Origin: a virus
Virus record (IMG/VR): IMGVR_UViG_3300032217_000845
Span: 1-64,000 of that record
Strand: one strand, 5' to 3'
DNA: 64,000 nt
Shown: positions 56,429 to 63,788 of the stretch, piece by piece
Layout: each line of letters begins with the position of its first letter
Numbering within the stretch: the stretch's first letter is position 1
Notes under the pieces: model-generated
The model's database searches: none
The model's input: the letters and a program-made list of their open reading frames with translations, nothing else
What the model was told of the DNA's origin: nothing
Made by a program: the position numbers and the translations under genes

Positions 56429-56806
56429 ATGGCAACTACAAAGAGCACCACCACTAAGGGACAGGTTATCCTGACCACCACCAATGAGCCAGAGGTTCGC
56501 CTCTCGGCAAAGGGACAGAAAGCAGTTCGGGAACTCCGAGACGCACACAACTTGGAAAAGCAAGTTGCCGAAATCGTCAAGGCTAGCAGAGATGTTATCC
56601 TCAACGAACTAGGGAACGAGCAGACCAAGTTTGGAACAGACGCAAAGGGTAAGCGTCTGGTCAAAATCCACCTCATTACCCCGAAAGACCCAACACGCTA
56701 CAACACAGCAGAGTTGGTAGCGTTCCTCGCAAAGACACAGCCAGAGGTTCTGGAAATGTTTAGAGCAGAGGACGCAAAGGCGACCACCCGAGTTCTTACT
56801 CTCTAA
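56429..56806 (+). CDS. hypothetical protein
   Basis: Tandem promoters and TAAGGA RBS; followed by a terminator. Confidence 0.7.
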   Translation: MATTKSTTTKGQVILTTTNEPEVRLSAKGQKAVRELRDAHNLEKQVAEIVKASRDVILNELGNEQTKFGTDAKGKRLVKIHLITPKDPTRYNTAELVAFLAKTQPEVLEMFRAEDAKATTRVLTL

Positions 56807-56825
56807 CGAGAGTAAGCCAGAAAAG

Positions 56826-56866
56826 CCCCGACAGACAGTTATCCCCTTTCACTCTGTCGGGGTTTT
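56826..56866 (+). terminator. intrinsic terminator with a C/U-rich loop
   Basis: CCCCGACAGA / TCTGTCGGGG followed by TTTT. Confidence 0.8.
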
Positions 56867-56986
56867 CGCCTATCTGGTTTTGGCTCGTTTGTATTCGTTT
56901 TTTCCTCGCATCTAAAATCTTCGGGTTTGACAACGACACACTAATACGAAGTTGTAAATGTCAGAGGTTTATGGTAGAGTGCTGGT

Positions 56987-57436
56987 ATGGACAAAAGACA
57001 AACTAACAACTGCGAAATCTGTGGCGAGTTATTTACTGACCTACCACTTGACGAGGAGTGTTCTTGCTCAAAGAGAAAGGACGCTGCTTTCTATGTCAAT
57101 AGTGATGGTGGCGAGTTCGTGTGGAACCCTAAACTCAATGAGGACGAGGGAGAGAAACACGAATACTATGTTGTGCGTAATGGGGAAATGCGTATCAAGG
57201 CGACAGATGGCAAGGGTAGAGATTATGTCCTACGCTACACAGAGGACTTAGAGGCTTTCGGTATCACGACAGACGAGCAACTTTACGAGGCAAGCACAGA
57301 CGAGGAAAACTTCTATTGGGATATGAACTCTTGGTTTGAGGTCTGCTGTGATTTTGACGAGGCTTACTCTGATGTCTTTGACGACCTTGACAGAGCCATA
57401 GCAGAGGCAGTAAGATTACGAAAGGAAGGACACTAA
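56987..57436 (+). CDS. acidic hypothetical protein (leaderless)
   Basis: TTGTAA-17-TAGAGT ends 6 nt before the ATG. Confidence 0.7.
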   Translation: MDKRQTNNCEICGELFTDLPLDEECSCSKRKDAAFYVNSDGGEFVWNPKLNEDEGEKHEYYVVRNGEMRIKATDGKGRDYVLRYTEDLEAFGITTDEQLYEASTDEENFYWDMNSWFEVCCDFDEAYSDVFDDLDRAIAEAVRLRKEGH

Positions 57437-57723
57437 TGAAACTACGAATAGCGTTTGGCGACACTCTTAGAGAGATACGACAAGACCAACACAGAACTCT
57501 TAGAGAGGTGTCTGTAAAGTCTGGCGTGGCACTTGGCTATGTATCGGAAGTAGAGAGAGGGCAGAAAGAGGCTTCATCGGAAGTCTTGGAAAGCCTGACC
57601 AACACGCTTGGCGTGTCTATGGCTGACTTCCTAATCCTTACAGCGTTGCGTCTAGGTGCTGTCGCTGTCCCCGACACAGCAGAAACCCTACTTGACGAAT
57701 ACACCGACCTTGTGGTAAGATAA
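57436..57723 (+). CDS. clgR: ClgR-like XRE transcriptional regulator
   Basis: GDTLR..R..Q.RTLREVS....VALGY.SEVERGQKEASSE.L, the actinobacterial ClgR signature. Confidence 0.8.
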   Translation: MKLRIAFGDTLREIRQDQHRTLREVSVKSGVALGYVSEVERGQKEASSEVLESLTNTLGVSMADFLILTALRLGAVAVPDTAETLLDEYTDLVVR

Positions 57724-57742
57724 GGGAAAGGAAAGGACGACA

Positions 57743-57952
57743 ATGAGCAGACAAGTTTATTTTGTAATCGGTGTTGATTTAGACGACAAAACAGTTTTCA
57801 TAGATGACGGCACATTTACGGCTCGCTTTGGTAAAGACGAGCAGGTATGGGACACCGATAAACAAGAGTGGCGAGAATACGAGGGCGAGGAACAAGAGGA
57901 ATACGACCTCGCCTTAGAAATCCTCAACACCGAGAAGTTGAGGGACGACTAA
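57743..57952 (+). CDS. acidic hypothetical protein
   Basis: Strong RBS; 69 aa. Confidence 0.7.
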   Translation: MSRQVYFVIGVDLDDKTVFIDDGTFTARFGKDEQVWDTDKQEWREYEGEEQEEYDLALEILNTEKLRDD

Positions 57953-58257
57953 TGGAATACGACCTATACTCACCCGAGAGGAACTTCTCGGCTATCCCTG
58001 ACCTGAAACTTGTAAAGATTACAGGGGACGACAGGGACAGAAGTATTCACTTCCTCTGGCGAGGCGATAGACAATGGCTCGCTATGAGTAAGGATAATCC
58101 TTACGAGGATAACTGCTGGCTTGTAGTCAAGACCGACTACACAGACGAGTTTCAGGAGTTTCTTGACGAGGAACTCTCTGGCTACGATAGCCTAGAAAGC
58201 ACCTTTGAGTTATCGGACATTATTCCAACCGAATACTCAATAGAGTTTGATAACTAA
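57952..58257 (+). CDS. acidic hypothetical protein
   Basis: TAATG coupling; start at MEYDL. Confidence 0.65.
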   Translation: MEYDLYSPERNFSAIPDLKLVKITGDDRDRSIHFLWRGDRQWLAMSKDNPYEDNCWLVVKTDYTDEFQEFLDEELSGYDSLESTFELSDIIPTEYSIEFDN

Positions 58258-58266
58258 ATAGACTTG

Positions 58267-58525
58267 CTTGATACACGCTGAACCATTTTGGTGCGTGGGC
58301 AGAACTAACTACCTGCCTATTATCAAGGAAACCGAGTGAAATCTCGCTAAACTACGGACAACACGCTCGGTGGTGAATACGCCTCTGGTGGAAGTAGCAG
58401 GTCGGGTCTAGAACTGACCAAGAGTTTATTCTCAATGCGAAATAGCACAATGACGCAAAGTAGCCCCTTGTGTGTTCGTCCGAACCTAAGACCAGATAGC
58501 CATAACGCTTTCTGGTCTTTCTCTT
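58267..58525 (+). ncRNA. candidate large structured RNA followed by a terminator
   Basis: Nested helices CTTGATA/TATCAAG, CACGC/GCGTG, GGCAG/CTGCC, CGGACAACAC/GTGTT-C-GTCCG, GGTCGG/CTGACC; terminator AAGACCAGA/TCTGGTCTT. Confidence 0.6.
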
Positions 58526-58673
58526 TTTGGTGAGGTGTTGTATTCGTTTTTTCTCTACGCCTACTGTGGAAAGAGGGAACTTCGCATTAGTGTTTCGTTC
58601 TTGACAAATGTCAGAGGAGTATGCTAGTATCACTATGTAGTCAGAAAGTCTGACACAGAAAGGGTCTAGTCCT

Positions 58674-59159
58674 ATGGGATTGGATATGTATTTAGAGGCT
58701 CGCAAGTATGTAAGTGGATACTCTCACAGACCTATTGACGAGCAGAACGAGTATGAGGAAGTGCTGAACTCGGTAGGTATGTCAAGAACAGACCTAACAG
58801 CAGAGGCAAGTCCTTTCGCTAATGTAAGTATAAATGTTGCTTATTGGCGTAAGGCTAATCAGATACACGCTTGGTTCATCAACAACTACGCCAAAGATGG
58901 TGTAGATGATTGTAGCCCTGTCCATCTTGGCGAGAGATACCACCTTAGTATTCTAAGAAACCTCTGCCAAGAGGTCATTGACGACCACAGCAAAGCAGAG
59001 GAACTTCTGCCTGTTTCATCTGGCTTCTTCTTTGGGTCAGACGAGTATGGCGAATACTACTTCCAAGACTTAGAGAACACCATTGAGCAGTTGGATAAGT
59101 TGCTCTCTAATCCTAAGTTTGCTGAGGGCTGGGACTTCATCTACCAAGCAAGTTGGTAG
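58674..59159 (+). CDS. conserved phage hypothetical protein
   Basis: MGLDMYL, YWRKANQIHAWF, LLP..SGFFFG...Y.EYY, YQASW. Confidence 0.8.
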   Translation: MGLDMYLEARKYVSGYSHRPIDEQNEYEEVLNSVGMSRTDLTAEASPFANVSINVAYWRKANQIHAWFINNYAKDGVDDCSPVHLGERYHLSILRNLCQEVIDDHSKAEELLPVSSGFFFGSDEYGEYYFQDLENTIEQLDKLLSNPKFAEGWDFIYQASW

Positions 59160-59336
59160 CCACAAACTAAGCACGACCCCTTAGCACACGCTAGGGGGTT
59201 TTGCTTTACCTGTTTGCTGGCGAGGTGTATTCGTTTTTTCAGACGACACGGCACGGCACGGGAACTTGACTAAACAAATGAACTATGATACTATGTAGAT
59301 ACAACGGGCGAACAGGAAGTAGCCTGAAAGGGATAA

Positions 59337-59708
59337 ATGGAAACTACAACTATTACGGGTCTGGTAGCAACCACACCACGACACCTAGTATCAGCAGACG
59401 GCTTGCCGATTACTTCTTTCCGATTGGCGAGCAGTAATCGCAGGTTTGACCGAGCCACTATGGAGTGGGTGGACGGCGAGACTAATTGGTATACGATTAC
59501 CTCTTTCCGCACACTCGCAATCAACACCGCTACATCTATCAGCAAGGGCGACCGCATTGTTGTATCAGGCACACTTCGTATTCGTGATTGGGACAACGGC
59601 GAACGGGTAGGAACTAGCGTTGAGTTAGAGGCGAGCAACATTGGACACGACTTAGCGTGGGGGACTACCACCTTTGTCCGAACCGTTCATAAAGCAGACA
59701 CCGAATAA
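59337..59708 (+). CDS. ssb: single-stranded DNA-binding protein, actinobacterial type, without acidic tail
   Basis: TITGLVAT.P, FRLAS..RRFDR...WVDG.TNWYTI..FR.LA, KGDR.VV.G.LR.RDW, IGHDL.WGT. Confidence 0.9.
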   Translation: METTTITGLVATTPRHLVSADGLPITSFRLASSNRRFDRATMEWVDGETNWYTITSFRTLAINTATSISKGDRIVVSGTLRIRDWDNGERVGTSVELEASNIGHDLAWGTTTFVRTVHKADTE

Positions 59709-59885
59709 CCGAACGGCTCGCCTAACGGCGTGGGATTGGCAAGCCTAACGGCTTGCCTTTCTGCGTTTGACGGCAAGCCTATTGGCGAGCAGACGGCAAG
59801 CCTAACGGGTGTGTCAGGCTTGACAAAGACCGACCGCTATGGTAGGCTAGCAGAGCAGACAACCCTGCCAACCGATAGGACAGAA

Positions 59886-60128
59886 ATGACAACCGCACTA
59901 CCCGAACTAACCGAGATGACCACCAAGACCGACCAACCGATAGTCGCACTCTACAACCGAGACGACAGACTAACGGGTATCGTAAATGGCTGGAAAGTCG
60001 CTGACGGAGTAATGGAAATGGACGAGAGTATCAAGCGAGCAGTAGCGACTAGCGAACTGACTATGGCTGAACTCGTTGAGATTGACCAGAGTATCGCCAG
60101 ACTTCGCAACTTGCGTGGAACTCTCTAA
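59886..60128 (+). CDS. hypothetical protein
   Basis: TTGACA-17-TAGGCT promoter at 59820 and AGGA RBS place the start at 59886. Confidence 0.65.
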   Translation: MTTALPELTEMTTKTDQPIVALYNRDDRLTGIVNGWKVADGVMEMDESIKRAVATSELTMAELVEIDQSIARLRNLRGTL

Positions 60129-60304
60129 ACAAAACTAGCCAAGTGGAAACACTTGGTTTTAGTTTTAGCCCGAAGTGTATTCGTTTTTTCCCTGCGTAAA
60201 TTTTGCTGAAAATAAAATCCTAAATGAGTTTGATTTTGTCGGGAGTATGTGGTAGGGTATAAATGTAGTCAGAAATACTGATTATCCAATCACTCTGAAA
60301 GGGT

Positions 60305-60667
60305 GTGGTAAAAGTGGAAACACTAAACCAAGTAGTAATAACAAAGTCGGTCAATGGCGTAGAAGTTGCCACGCTATCTGAACTAGGGATTTTGCTAGGC
60401 GTAAAGCCAAGCACTATCTTTGTCTGGATAGATAAATACAAGAACTTCCCTAAGCCTGTTGCCGAAATCAAAGGTGCTGGTCGTAATGGGCGTTCTCGCT
60501 TGTTCCCGATTGACGCTGTTCAGGTGTGGCACAAGAAACACATTACGACACGCAAGGCTAACGAATGGACAGGTATTCTTTCCAAGTTGAGCCAAATCTC
60601 AAAGGCTAGTCCTGCCACTTACAAAATCATTCTGGAAATGATTGACGAAGCGTCAGGTCGCAAGTAG
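60305..60667 (+). CDS. AlpA/excisionase-like HTH protein
   Basis: LSELG.LLGV.PSTI.VW....NFPKP...LF....V..W. Confidence 0.75.
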   Translation: MVKVETLNQVVITKSVNGVEVATLSELGILLGVKPSTIFVWIDKYKNFPKPVAEIKGAGRNGRSRLFPIDAVQVWHKKHITTRKANEWTGILSKLSQISKASPATYKIILEMIDEASGRK

Positions 60668-60847
60668 CCACACGACACTAGACTTACCCCCTGCTAATCA
60701 CAGGGGGTTTTCTGGTTTTGGGACACGACTAGTTTGTATTCGTTTTTTCCATCACGACACACTTCGCACTAACACGCTTGACTTTATTTAGAAACTATGC
60801 GATAATAGAGATGTTGTCGGGAAAGGCTCGGCACGGAAAGGGATAAA

Positions 60848-61171
60848 GTGGGCGACAGGTCTGCGATTATCATTGAGAGTGAAAGGTTCATCACGCCTAT
60901 CACGCTATACGGACACTGGTCGGGCAGGAACAACCTTGCTGCTGTGGCTAGTGTGTTGGAAACTACGGACAGGGTTGGCGACCCGTCTTATCTCACGGCT
61001 CAACTGTTTTACAAGTTTGCTGTGGAACTTGGCAAGTATGACGGAAATCTGTCTTTCGGTATTGACGCTTTCGGTGGGACACCACAGGAAATAAATGCGA
61101 CTATGGACACCGATACGATTGTCGTAAATGCCGATAATGGAACTTGGCGTTGGGCGATACCCGTAGAGTAA
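60848..61171 (+). CDS. conserved phage hypothetical protein
   Basis: MGDRS.I, LY.HW.G, R.GDPSYL. Confidence 0.75.
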   Translation: MGDRSAIIIESERFITPITLYGHWSGRNNLAAVASVLETTDRVGDPSYLTAQLFYKFAVELGKYDGNLSFGIDAFGGTPQEINATMDTDTIVVNADNGTWRWAIPVE

Positions 61172-61187
61172 TCTTTATACGAACGCA

Positions 61188-61224
61188 GGTTAGCACTCAC
61201 GCAACACGAGTGCTAACCTCTTTT
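61188..61224 (+). terminator. intrinsic terminator
   Basis: AGGTTAGCACTC / GAGTGCTAACCT followed by a T-rich tail. Confidence 0.8.
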
Positions 61225-61384
61225 CGTTTTTGCTTAGGTAGAAGTTGTATTCGTTTTTTCCGGCAGCGACAGATAACTTCGCATTAGCGACACGAAGTTA
61301 GACAGACTTGCGTTTGTCGCTAGTGTGTGATACAATGAAGTTATTACACAGGCGAGAAACCTAAGTATCGCTGAAAGGGAAACA

Positions 61385-61807
61385 ATGACAGAAATAGAAA
61401 CAGAGATACAAACTCTCACGGCAGAGTTGGATAGCGATTGTTCTTGCGAGGACTATGACGAGGACACAGACACAAGCAAGCCTAGTGAAAGTTGCTTCGG
61501 AGATTGTTGGACAGAAAGTAAAGACGACTTTACTGAACACTTGCTCAAACCTTACCTTGTTGTAAAGGGTTGGAAAATGGACACGCCTATCAAGGTTGCT
61601 TCATCACGAATGACTTGGCAAGGCATTAGAGGTTGGGCATACACTACGCCTGAACGCTTGGTTGATACGCTTACTCTCAATGGAGATTTTCGCCTAGTGT
61701 TTGAGTTTGACGGAAACGACCTAACTGCTATTCGCTATTCTCACGACGAGCCAATGGGAACAGGTAAGTTTGAGATTGAGTTGTCTGACGAAAGCGACGA
61801 CGACTAA
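61385..61807 (+). CDS. conserved phage hypothetical protein
   Basis: Promoter and GAAAGGG RBS; M.W.GI.G, YSHDEPMG. Confidence 0.75.
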   Translation: MTEIETEIQTLTAELDSDCSCEDYDEDTDTSKPSESCFGDCWTESKDDFTEHLLKPYLVVKGWKMDTPIKVASSRMTWQGIRGWAYTTPERLVDTLTLNGDFRLVFEFDGNDLTAIRYSHDEPMGTGKFEIELSDESDDD

Positions 61808-62018
61808 ACACGACACGAGAAAGGTCGCTGACTTCGGTTGGCGACTTTTTTTGTATCTGCCGATTACGGAGTTGTATTCGTTTTTTCCTCACCCCTGCCG
61901 AACACGACTTCCCTGTTATCTATTTGTTATAAAACTTTCTACACTTCGGGAATAAATGAACTTGACTTTTAGTTATACTCTATGTAATAATGTAGTTATG
62001 GACAACGAAAGGGAAACA

Positions 62019-62546
62019 ATGAACAACTACGAGAAGTCATACAGCAACGAGCCGTTTCTAAATGGTGCGTTAGACATACCTATTTGGAGTGAAATACTGC
62101 CGAACTTTTGGCTAGGTGGAACTGCCGATAACGATTGTGTTGGCGATAAGCACTTTCAGTTTGATAGGCAGGACATCTCTATCAAGCCTAGAAACTTTGA
62201 TAGCGTTTATACTTTCTACGCTTACGCTAACCCTGTTGATTGGCTAGTTAGAGAGTTTAGGTTTGGCTACTTTGATAGTGGCGAAACTGACTTTGACTTA
62301 GACGAGTTTAGGCGTATTGCTCTAATGGCTCACGCTGATTGGAAGCGTGGCGAGAGAGTGCTAATGCGTTGCCAAGCAGGTCTAAACAGGTCAAGCCTAT
62401 TCTTTGCCTTAGTGCTTATGATTGACGGCTACACGGCACAAGAAGCGATTGACTTGATACGAGAGAAGCGACACGATAAGTGTCTATTCAATCCTCACTT
62501 CGTAGCGTGGTTGCTCAAACAAGACTTAGAGTTTTGGCGAGCATAA
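62019..62546 (+). CDS. dual-specificity/tyrosine phosphatase family protein
   Basis: SEILPNFWLGG, CX5R loop CQAGLNRS, AIDLIREKR, FNP.F. Confidence 0.88.
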   Translation: MNNYEKSYSNEPFLNGALDIPIWSEILPNFWLGGTADNDCVGDKHFQFDRQDISIKPRNFDSVYTFYAYANPVDWLVREFRFGYFDSGETDFDLDEFRRIALMAHADWKRGERVLMRCQAGLNRSSLFFALVLMIDGYTAQEAIDLIREKRHDKCLFNPHFVAWLLKQDLEFWRA

Positions 62547-62738
62547 ACTCACGCTAAGAAAACCTAACCCCCGTGAAAACTCACGGGGGATTTTCTTAGT
62601 GCGAAGTTGCGAAGGTGTATTCGTTTTTTCCTTACTCTACAAACACGGTGGAAGTATTACTTGCGTAAATCCATAAGGTATGGTAAGATAGTTAGGTAGT
62701 CAGAAAGTCTGGCACAATAGAAATCCTGAAAGGGAACA

Positions 62739-63062
62739 ATGCTAAAAATGGAAATAAATGGGACAGAAGTAGTTAGTCCTATGGAAATCGCAAGTCGCTT
62801 CGGAGTTAGTTTGCCTGCTGTTTATGTCTGGGCAAGGCGTTCGGATTTTCCGACACCACTACTAACGACAGGTGGCTCACAACGACCACGCCACATTTAC
62901 TCGGCTACCGAGATTGAGGCTTGGGTCGCTGAACACCTTGACGCTAAGGGTGGCAGGGGCAAGGCTCATCTAATCGGGCGTAGAGTTCTAGGGCTGGCAA
63001 CATCTAACCCTGAAATCTACAAGCAGATTGAGCAGTTGCTAGAAAGCACCGACACCGAATAA
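62739..63062 (+). CDS. AlpA/excisionase-like HTH protein (paralog of 60305)
   Basis: EIASRFGVS..AV.VW.RR.DFP.P...Y...EI.AW. Confidence 0.78.
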   Translation: MLKMEINGTEVVSPMEIASRFGVSLPAVYVWARRSDFPTPLLTTGGSQRPRHIYSATEIEAWVAEHLDAKGGRGKAHLIGRRVLGLATSNPEIYKQIEQLLESTDTE

Positions 63063-63257
63063 GGCTCTGAAAGAAACACGCTTACCCGAAAGGGTAGGCG
63101 TTTTCTTTTTTTGCTAATGCGAAGTTAGCCGAGTGTATTCGTTTTTTCCTTACACGCTGTCTAGCACGACACGCTAATAGTATGAACTTGCTTTTGTCGG
63201 TAGTATTTGGTATAATAGTTATGTAGTCAGAAAGACTGATTACAGAAAGGGAAACAA

Positions 63258-63572
63258 ATGGAAATCGCTTTACTAGGTTTCTTAGGTGTTGTATCGCTTA
63301 TGACTATCGGTGCTTTCTTGGTCGTAGTCTTGTGTGCGTTTATCATCTACAAGATAGACCCGACTTATGACGAGTTTGGTTTCTGGGGAAACTTCCGTAT
63401 GGAACTCTCCACTATCCTTGCTGGCAAGTTTGGCTACGAAGTATCACGACAAGAATACAAACAGGCTTACGACTTAGGTGTCAAAATGAGCGACAGAACT
63501 CTACAAGGTAGCAAGAACAGACACCCTGCCAACAATGATGGTAAGTTGCCTTACGAACTCTACAAATACTAA
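63258..63572 (+). CDS. membrane protein
   Basis: Long N-terminal hydrophobic segment; RHPA motif. Confidence 0.7.
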   Translation: MEIALLGFLGVVSLMTIGAFLVVVLCAFIIYKIDPTYDEFGFWGNFRMELSTILAGKFGYEVSRQEYKQAYDLGVKMSDRTLQGSKNRHPANNDGKLPYELYKY

Positions 63573-63788
63573 GTAGAACTCACCGAGAGATTACCCCGTA
63601 GAGATACGGGGTTTTCTTTTACCCTGTGGGCTGGGAGTTGTATTCGTTTTTTCTATACCACTAATACGAAAGATAACAACTTGATAACAACACGATACAA
63701 AGATAGTAAATGGGCTTGTATTGTCATTAGATAGGAGTATAATCATAGGTATAGGAAAGTTTCCAAAGGGGAAACTGAAAGGGACAAA

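Larger units (their letters stand above)
46667..63126. promoter_or_regulatory. dispersed 13-bp operator-like motif AACTTCGYAYTAR (both orientations)
   Basis: Exact or near copies at 46667, 47771, 47830, 48690, 48740, 49369, 50598, 54323, 54420, 56311, 56941, 58578, 60760, 61275, 62596, 63114; two overlap TTGACA -35 boxes. Confidence 0.85.
49890..63653. repeat. dispersed invariant 15-mer TGTATTCGTTTTTTC (14 copies, all intergenic)
   Basis: Minus strand at 49890, 49925; plus strand at 54375, 56258, 56890, 58539, 59226, 60176, 60735, 61246, 61873, 62616, 63134, 63639. Confidence 0.95.

Noticed and set aside
58352-58705. 117-aa minus-strand ORF
   Set aside because: It is antisense to a uniformly plus-strand region and crosses a terminator, the 15-mer and a promoter
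59730-59885. N-terminal extension of the 59730-60128 ORF
   Set aside because: The segment contains a promoter and motif repeats; the RBS supports a start at 59886
49890-63653. CRISPR array or integron attC interpretation of the 15-mer repeats
   Set aside because: Copies are mostly 0.5-4 kb apart and separated by whole genes; the repeat is short and non-palindromic; there is no cas operon or tyrosine integrase; there is no attC-like R/L box structure
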